Shown piece after piece: positions 20,706 through 29,005 of a DNA stretch of 29,005 bases. A model generated the notes under the pieces. It searched no databases. It saw only the letters and a list, made by a program, of their open reading frames with translations, and was not told the origin of the DNA. The stretch lies in contig JALDZX010000029.1 of the NCBI GenBank assembly GCA_022813865.1, positions 248,001 through 277,005 of the forward strand. Direction: 5' to 3'. Source of the stretch: Xylographa opegraphella. Its lineage: Eukaryota. The stretch's first letter is position 1. Each line of letters begins with the position of its first letter. The position numbers were made by a program, and so were the translations under genes.

Positions 20706-23700
20706 TTAATTAGATGCCTCCTCTTCGTCGTCCTTTGGTTCTTTCGCTCCTTTGCCCTCTTTGGTCGGCCTTGTCAGCTCCGTCTTCCACAGCGCATTAA
20801 CCTCGGCCGCGTCAAGCCCGGGAAAGACGATGTCGAACACGTCTGAGTACCAAGCGGCGGCATGACCGGAAATACCTTCTTTAATATTCTGATGCACGTT
20901 GTGTCAGCAGTGTAGACCATCACAGTGGATGCGTTCCCGTACCTCAGGTAATTCCGTCCAATCCGACATGTTGTCGGCGGGAAAGATGATCGTTTTTGCC
21001 CCTGCTCGTCGGGCCGCTACGGTCTTCTCCCGTAGCCCACCAATTCTCAGGACTTTGCCAGTCACTGTCAATTCTCCAGTCATCGCAATCGTTGGGTCGA
21101 GGGGCTTATTCAGTGCCAAGGATAACAACGAAGTTGCCATTGTGATACCAGCGGAAGGGCCTATGCTTATTAGTGCGAACCTTCTTCAAAAAGACTATGC
21201 AGTACTTGCCGTCTTTCTGTACTGCACCCTCCGGGCAATGTAAGTGCAACCGAGCGTGCTGGAAGAACTTGTTCTGGGGGAACTGTTTGGCCATCAAAGA
21301 TTTGGCGAAGGAGTATGCTATTACAGTCGACTCTTTCATAACATTCTTGAGATTACCGGTTCGCTCCAATCCAGCCCGTGACGTATAGCTGAGTGCCGTC
21401 TCCAGTATTGACTCAACGTACAATGCTGCTCCTCCCATACTAGTCCATGCCAGTCCCATAGCCACACCGGCAGGAGTCTTGTCGTACAGACGATCGGACC
21501 TAAATACTGGTGGCCCGACATAATCTTTCAAGTTGTCTCTTCCGATGCTGACATGAACGCTATCGGGAACGCTGAGGCTGACGCGAGGAGTCTCGGTGGT
21601 CTCCTTCTCGATGGATTCTGGTGTCTCTTTGACATCTGTTGTATCCTTCTTGGACTCCTCCAGGGCCAGTTTGCCTTCTACTGTGAGTGCTTTCTCCTCC
21701 GAAAGTACCTCTTCACCAAGCTCTTGGATGATTTTCAAGGCTGATTTGCGGTAGACTTTCTCAATTTGTTTCTTCAAATTTCTGACACCGCTTTCACGAC
21801 AGTATGATTTAATGAGTTCCTCGATCGCCTCTTTTGTCAGGTCAACGTCAACATTCTTCAAACCACTTAGCTCTTTCGCGGCGGGTGCAAGATATCGCTC
21901 CGCTATCGCCATTTTTTCGTCAGCAACGTAGCCAGATAATTCGATCATTTCCATTCTGTCGAGCAACGGACGGGGTATCGTGTCTGTCATGTTGGCGGTA
22001 CAGACAAATAGAACCTTTGAAAGATCAACGGGAACGTCCATATAATGATCCAGAAAAGAGTTATTTTGTTCAGGGTCAAGCAATTCTAGTAAAGCTGATG
22101 AAGGGTCGCCCTGATGGCCGCGGCCGATCTTGTCCACCTCGTCTATGAGGATTAGAGGGTTCTCGGTCTGACATTTCTTGAGAGCTTGTATAATGCGTCC
22201 TGGAAGTGCACCAACATAAGTTCGTCGGTGCCCTTTTATTTCAGCCACGTCCGTCAGACCCCCTACACTGAATCTGTAGTATTGTCTGTTCAGCGCTCGC
22301 GCAATGGACTTCCCGATGCTAGTCTTGCCAACACCAGGGGGGCCTACGAAGCACAAGATCTTGCCCTCGACCGTGCCCCGCAACTTCCCTACCGCGATGA
22401 ATTCCAGTATACGGTCCTTGACATCCTTGAGACCATGGTGGTCTTCATCCAAAACTGACATTGCGTTCTTGATGCCAAAGTTTTCGGCACTTCGCTGACC
22501 CCAAGGTATTTGGGTAAGCCAGTCAAGGTAGTTTCGTGTGACGTTGAACTCCGAAGCTGCTGGCTCAAGATGCGCTAACTTGTTAAGTTCCTCCTCGAAC
22601 ACCTTTTTCACTACTTCGGGCATGGCAAGCTTGTTCGCTTTCTCCTTAAACTTCTCTACCAGCTTATCCTTGCCATCAGATTCGATCCCGAGCTCTCGCC
22701 GGATACCCTTCATCTGTTCCATCAACCAATACTCCCGCTGACGCTTTGTAATTTTGTTTTCCACGTCCTTGGAGATTTTATTCTGAAGTTGAGCATTCAT
22801 CAACTCTTTCTTCAGTACCATTAGGGCTTTGGACAGCCTTTCTTCCACATCCATCGTTTCCAGTACATCTTGAAGCTCTCGAATCTCGCCTGTCGATACA
22901 GCCGCTGCGAAATCGGCCAACTTGCCAGGCTCTTCGACAATATTGCCAGCCGATTGACTCATAGAGAAAGTAGATATCTGGTCACGGAACAGCGGATTCA
23001 AGCTCGCAACGTCTTTGAACACATTTACGATCTCGCTGGTGACGGCTCTAATGATTGGGCTTTTCTTGTCGTATGATTGTTCAGCAAGGTTTTCAACTTG
23101 GACAAGGCTGACAGCATAATTGCGAAGAAATAAAGTGGGTTCGTATGGCTGGATATCCGTGCTGGATGGAGTATTTGTTGACTCCTCAAAGCTTGCGACT
23201 ACATCTCCTGATTTGTCCGACGCAGACTCCTTAGCTTTCTGTTGCTCTGTTATCGAGGGATCTGGCGTAGGGCTGACAGCGGCTTCTTTGGATCTATTAG
23301 GTGGTATCAAGGAGGACATCTTTATCCGCCGGTGTGGGTATAGCACTGCAGTGAGGCTATTTTCTTCTCCGTTCACAGGGAAAGCGCTAGTGATCTGGGC
23401 GAAAACTCCGACATCGTGCACATCATCGGGGCTTTCGATGACATCTTTGTCCGAACTCTCGTCCTTGAACAAGAAGGCACCGACGTATGGCTGACCGCGT
23501 TTCATCATCTCTTGGATTGCCGCCGTGACGTTGGGGTCTCTTATAGTAACTGCTTTGTAGAATCCGGGGAATAGAGGCCTCTTCGCTATTGGTATCGCCA
23601 TGACCTGGGGGTAGAGTTCAGGAACCGACGGCTTTTGTAGAGCTCTATCGGACTGATTCCTCCGACCACCTCTCTTGCCTCCATCTCCTGATCCTGATCC

Positions 23701-24123
23701 CGACTCACTGCCACCGGCAGTACTACTACTGCCTTTAGAATCGATAGTATTTCCTGACAGTGGCGTGGATGCACTGGGCGGTTCCTTTTTGGCTTCGACT
23801 TCGTCGGACTTGTGCTCAACTACCTCAGCATCCTTGTCCACTTCGTCCGTGCCATTCTTACTCTCTGGTACCGGTATTGGGTCCGGGACGTCATCGGAAC
23901 TCCGATCTTTCCATCTGGCCGGATGTGTTGTAAATGCACGGCCGATGGACAATCTTAAGCTGTTATGTGAGCTTTGGGGCGTTCTGTAGCCTGAAGTGGA
24001 TGGTATGACATAGGCACAACGATGTGTGCAGACATATGTGTTCGTAGAAAAGGGAGATCGTGTGACATTTTGTTGTACGTTGCGGAGGGCGATTCTCCAG
24101 GGCAAAGACCGCCCGTAAAGCAT
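20706..24123 (-). CDS. PIM1: Mitochondrial Lon protease; exons 24123-21210, 21160-20943, 20888-20706
   Basis: Arg/Ser-rich presequence, LON N-domain (RPLFPGFYK), Walker A GPPGVGKT, Walker B ILIDEVD, and [11 protein letters not shown]. Splicing restores the catalytic KDGPSAG and dyad lysine IGGLREK. Intron 1 is GC-AG and intron 2 is GT-AG. Confidence 0.96.
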
Positions 24124-27100
24124 GCTCTAGCGGAAGGACAAAGGCAACCGATATAGTACAAGAGGCTCGCCTTTCAACAAGGATTGATTTATCGCTGTGC
24201 CTAGGGAAAGAGGGTAAAATGCCGTTGTTTAAAATGCTAGAAGAGTGAAATTTGGAAGAGATTCGCCGCCAGAGCCTCGAAAAGAGCTTAGAAATTTCGT
24301 CCCGTATCTTCAATGATGCACTCATATCCCGCAGCGTAAGGCTTAGCGTCGGTTAGGTAGAGGTGCACTAGTAAAGGTACATAACAACCAAGCCTGAATA
24401 CGTCTTAGTCCGCCAGACTCCTAGGTAGATACCTTGAGGTAGGTGGACATTGGCTACAAATTATCATATCGTACGACGACAAATGCAACCCTTAGGGATC
24501 CATGCCGAAGCAAAAGCTTTATCAAGAACGCCCCAGCGTAATCACGAGCCAATTGTAAGAAACTCAAGCCTCTCGATCTTGCAAATTGACAGCTCCGATT
24601 AGCATAGGAGTGCACCCTCTTCAGATTCTTGCGAGACCTCGTTGATTTGTTTTGCTTGACTGAAGAGACGATTCCTGATGTCTGACCACCATAGAGAATG
24701 GGACTTTGGCAAAGAGTAAAATATCGACAGCCAGCTTGTGGGGTGAATCTTCGAAGTAGCAATAACAGACTACTATGTGGAACAGGCTCGCCATGAGGAC
24801 AACGCTTGTCGAGCGGGACTGGCTAACAAGACAGAGTCTAACGGCAGCCGTCCCAGAGTTCCTACTGGACTTTCTATCTTGGTATTCAGGCTTTCAGCGT
24901 GCTACAGATTGTGAATGATGCAGTTTTACGAGATGTTAAAACATTGAGAAGTCGTTCTTGCATGGATCCCAGAAATTGATGCAGATTCTTATATATTCAC
25001 TGCAACTGTTGAGATACTGGCAATCAAGGACCAGATCGAACCTGTGAGGGGTCTCGCCCTGAATGTTTTATGCAGTCACTCCAGGAATCTGTCAAGCCTC
25101 TTATTATTGGAGATATTTCGAGATGAACGTAAATCGAGATAATTCTGAAAGAAAACGGTTACTATTTCTCCGCGATTCGAGTCAATGTTCTTTGAACTGC
25201 ACGTATCACTCTTCGGGACAACAACACTACAATTCTACTTGGAAATACTTCTGAGCTCCAAATCTCTCGTATATCGCAGTCTCTAGTTCTTCGGCTATTA
25301 TCTTGTTAAACCAGGAACACCGTGCCAATGGGATCGATGACCCTCTTCAAAGATCGATGATACTCATTTCCTTCAACCTCTATTTCTATTTATATCAGCT
25401 TTGTCCATGATCGTTAAACTGGACGCAGTAATGCATGTTGTTAGACAGGCAATAGTTTTAGTGTTTCATGTACATAATGAGCTTCCTGCCTTCGACTTAC
25501 CCTATGAGATGTCTTTCGGAGTATGTGGGCACTTCAGCAATGGGTTGCGAGATATTGGTGTGCAACTAATATCATGCATGCATAGAATCAATTCCAGGCT
25601 GCAAGCGTAGTGCTGATACCGACGGAAGCTGTTCTAAGTGACTTTTAACTATGAACCAAAGTCCCCTGAAGGGAGCTCCAAAGGGTCAAGTAGGATAATA
25701 TGGTTTCGTACTCGTGCTACACGTGCAGCGATCAACGGAGCCAGGTCTTTAGTTGCCGTTCAAGTTTGAGGTCCAGACCTGCAGTTCAGTTGTCCCTCAA
25801 CGACGTACTGACTAAAAATGCTTGGGAACACTTGATCCGGCGTATGCGCCGAGATCTAGCCTCAGTGGAGATAGACGTAGTCTGGCCGACACTTAGGCAA
25901 GAAGTCCATCCATGCCTTAAGCAATGGTACAAGGTCTTGTGAAATCTGGAATGCATTTCGAGAAGCATCGCCGCCAACTCTTTGACCGATGCAGCCCTGG
26001 AGAAGCAACGGTTGTTCACCTTGTCCTAAAACAGAACAAGAAGTCCAGAAAAAACTGCACAGAGCAAGATGACAGCGAAGTATTCCTTTCTCGATAACAT
26101 CCCAATCAACCGTCGTCCAACAAGAAACTGGAGTATCATGCGACTTGGCATCTCTCTACCCAATAATACAGGTAATCCAGACTTCCGATCCAGAGTCGGC
26201 AGTTGTAACGCGCTTCAATGTACCAGTCGGGTTCCAGATTAGAGATATCCCGATATGAATTATTGAACATGCCGACTTCGCAGTTCCAGCCTGATGAGCA
26301 GAGGTGATCCAGTAAAGTACACATTTGAAGCTTGGTAGCGTGCAGCTAACCGTATAGGTATTGCCAGAAAAAAACCTACTGCCCTAGCGACTCGCCAATA
26401 AGTCCGGCAAAAGGACCTTATTTTGTGGGGAACCCCGTCAGACTCAAGACCGGAGAGCCACGTCCTCATCGGCTCAGCGATACCCAGGATCTTTCCCAGC
26501 ATTCTGATATATCAGATTCGTCAAACCGACGGCGACGATGGCCCGTCTCGCTGACCCAGGCGCCAGCCTCATGAGATAGATGAGTAATTGCTCGACACAC
26601 CTCTGAAGGATGATGTCAATCCGTCACGTTCTCCATAGGTCATGATTGGTTCAGAAACGCCTGTGTTGGCCAGTAACGATGTGGTTAGCCGAAAGTAGCA
26701 GTCACACAACCGAGGAGTTTCTACATATCCGTAGCCACATCAATCATTTGAGCTCGATTAAGATGGTGACAAACGCCCAGGCTACTGAGGGCGCAAATCA
26801 AGATTCATCCACGAGGCAAACCTTTTAGCACAAGTTTGCGTGAGGTGGATGAATATTCATTCATTGACGCCCCCTGGGAGTGGTAGGACCTCATGGGTAA
26901 CGGTCCTTATTCCGTAGTCATGTGAGCGGAACCCTCCGTTGCTTTTGTCGTCTATCATACGGTAGTTTTCAGGATATGCACCACTTATCCTGCATCAACA
27001 AGACTCTCATAATTTACGGAGTAAGTAACACGAATGTGAGTAGCGAGAATGACATGACAGTTGCAAAGGTTTCAATCTAGAAAAAGTACCTACTTGCCGA

Positions 27101-27555
27101 GTTGGACTATCGCGTTTGCTGTCGCTTTCCATTCCACACAATTGGAAGTTGTCGGGAACGGGCCAACAAACCGGCCGAGGGCCGCCTATTTCCGAATCAC
27201 TTCTACCAGGTGATCCAGCGCGAGGGGACCTCTCGCTTAATATGCAGCGTTGTGGAGAGCCAAGACCCCTGGAGCTAAATCTAAAGAGGGAATATTCTAC
27301 TGATCAGAGCGGAAATACTGCCCCATTAGCGGCCGATATTCAATTTGAACCCCTTTCATCCTTAAAGCAGCTACGCTGCAAAAATGGTTCGGCGTAAAAC
27401 GGCCTTTTGTAAAATATATAACGTAATATAGCTATAAAGTTTAAAAAGAAAAAGAATCAATATTTACAGAATTTGAATTTATAGCTTAATTGTGTTAGTG
27501 CTCGAACGCAGCCCTACATGCTGGCTGGAATGGCCATGTGTTATACATTCGGAAG

Positions 27556-27875
27556 TGTTATTGGGCTAAGCGAAGAGGTACAAGAAGGCTCTTCTTTCAG
27601 TAGTTGAACCTCTTCCTTCTTTAGTTTTAAATTCTAGTTTACCAATGCAGCACTATTGAAACTACTTCTAGTCGCTCCTTAACAAATTTTAATATTTAAT
27701 CGAAAATTTAAATCTTATTGAAACTAATCACTAGGCACAGGTAATGGCAGCAGGTAACAGTGCATTGCTTAATCACTAAGAAGGTGAAGAGTTCTTCTGG
27801 AGACGGGGCTCCAGAAGACTCCTCTAGTTCTGCACTAAGCTAGGCCTAATCGGCTATAGTAAAGGACCAACAACA
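27556..27875 (-). repeat. Putative 320-bp LTR with inverted termini TGTTGTTGG...CCAATAACA
   Basis: Plus-strand TGTTATTGG (27556-27564) and CCAACAACA (27867-27875) form an 8/9 inverted repeat with TG..CA ends. The interior is AT- and TpA-rich. Confidence 0.55.
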
Positions 27876-27910
27876 CNNACTGCTAACGCCCTGATTTTCA
27901 ACACTCCCAC

Positions 27911-29005
27911 TCAGTCTTTGTCGTAGCGTCCTCTGCTGACTGAAGAACTCCCACTGCTTGACATACCTAGAAGCCTCATGAACTGACTATGCTTGGTGGG
28001 ATTCAGAAGCTTAGTTAGTCCGTCCGCGGCCATATCTTCTGTAGGCACATAGGTCACCTTGATCCGGTTTTGCTTAGCCAAGTCCCGAATATGATGATAC
28101 ATGACATCGATGTGCTTTGACCTTTCATGAAGATGCGGGTTCTGGGTTAATGCTAGGGAACCCTGGTTGTCCCCTCTAAGGTCCCCGCAGTATGGGTTCC
28201 GCCCTAAGTACTGAGGGTATCCTGACTCACGGAGGAGCTGGGTTAGCCATTGCGCCTGGCGAGCTCCCACTGACAATCCAACGTACTCGGCTTCCGTAGT
28301 TGAGGTAGATACCGACTTTTGCTTCCGGCTTGCCCAGGACACGGGACCTCCTGCCATCTTGAAAACGTACCCGAATGTTGACTTCCGATCCTGCTTATCG
28401 TCGGCGTAGGCTGCGTCGGTAAAGCCGTGAAGATTTCTTTCTTCTTCCGGTTCTGGTCCAAAGGTTATTCCAACGTCAGCGGTGCTTCGCATGTACCTTA
28501 ACAGATGTTTGGCCCCCATCAGGTGGTGCTCAGCTGGATCGCTCATGAATTGACTCAATTTACCAAGAGCAAAGGCAATGTCTGGGCGGGTATAAACTTG
28601 AGCATGCATTAGACTTCCGATAAGCTTCTGGTATTCTTTTACGTTTACCCTTTTGTCGTCAGGATTTGCCGGGCGTAGATATTCTTCGCTGTTAAGAGGA
28701 ACTTTGGTGGGCTTGTGCTTGTCGGTCACCATACCAACGGATTCCAATACCTTTTGGATATAGCGGCTTTGACTAAGCTTGATGGTACGCAGCTTGCGGT
28801 CGCGGGTGACTTCTATGCCTAGGATCTTCCGAATCTCCCCCAGGTCCTTGATCTTGAAGACACCAGCCATCTCAGTTTTGAACCACCTAATTTGCTCGGT
28901 AGTCTTGGCGGCGATACCCATATCATCGACGTAAAGTAGCAACAGGATTCCGCGTTCCCTGTGAAGTAGCAGACACGGGTCGACATGGCTTTGAACGAAA
29001 CCCAT
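27911..29005 (-). CDS. Copia-type Pol C-terminus: reverse transcriptase plus RNase H (partial, open at the window edge)
   Basis: DPCL...LLLYVDDM, DLGE...LGIEV, YQKLIGSL...TRPDI, GFTDAAYADD, RKSTFGY, STTEAEY, GDNQG, RSKHIDVMYH and ADGLTK, with no stops over 364 codons. Confidence 0.96.
   Translation of the reverse strand: MGFVQSHVDPCLLLHRERGILLLLYVDDMGIAAKTTEQIRWFKTEMAGVFKIKDLGEIRKILGIEVTRDRKLRTIKLSQSRYIQKVLESVGMVTDKHKPTKVPLNSEEYLRPANPDDKRVNVKEYQKLIGSLMHAQVYTRPDIAFALGKLSQFMSDPAEHHLMGAKHLLRYMRSTADVGITFGPEPEEERNLHGFTDAAYADDKQDRKSTFGYVFKMAGGPVSWASRKQKSVSTSTTEAEYVGLSVGARQAQWLTQLLRESGYPQYLGRNPYCGDLRGDNQGSLALTQNPHLHERSKHIDVMYHHIRDLAKQNRIKVTYVPTEDMAADGLTKLLNPTKHSQFMRLLGMSSSGSSSVSRGRYDKD

Larger units (their letters stand above)
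27493..29005 (-). mobile_element. Ty1/copia LTR retrotransposon, 3' part (RT, RNase H, PPT, 3' LTR region), truncated by the window edge
   Basis: pol ORF, then purine tract GAGTGGGAG immediately followed by TGTTG at 27903, the canonical copia PPT/LTR junction. The left boundary is uncertain because of the NN gap at 27877-27878; 27493 (...CTAACA on -) is a candidate end. Confidence 0.9.

Noticed and set aside
21106..21209. ORF-track C-terminus of Lon (GKYCIVFL...GTE)
   Set aside because: Read-through into the GC-AG intron; the real protein continues in exons 2 and 3.

Overview
Eukaryotic, intron-containing genomic DNA from a filamentous ascomycete (Pezizomycotina; GT-AG introns of about 45-80 nt with CTRAY-like branch points). 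Left to right: an Eps1-type membrane-anchored protein disulfide isomerase (-, 4 exons); a decayed protein-kinase pseudogene (-); an NRT2/NrtA-type nitrate transporter (-, 4 exons) divergent from a Pho89/PHO-4-type Na+/phosphate symporter (+, intronless), followed directly by an ENA-type P2D Na+(K+)-ATPase (+, 4 exons); complex I subunit NDUFA5 (+, 3 exons); an atypical fungal protein kinase (-); mitochondrial Lon protease PIM1 (-, 3 exons, with a GC-AG intron in the catalytic-serine motif); about 3 kb with no convincing intact gene; and the 3' end of an intact-looking Ty1/copia retrotransposon with LTR sequence interrupted by an NN gap. The most interesting observation is the nrt2 <- -> pho89 -> ena block. 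Its shared intergenic DNA carries a periodic array of PacC-type sites (CTTGGCGC x4, 17-18 bp spacing) plus Pho4/NUC-1, Crz1, NirA and GATA-type motifs, suggesting a physically clustered alkaline-pH, Na+-cycle nutrient-uptake module. Exon boundaries were read by hand and no database searches were run.
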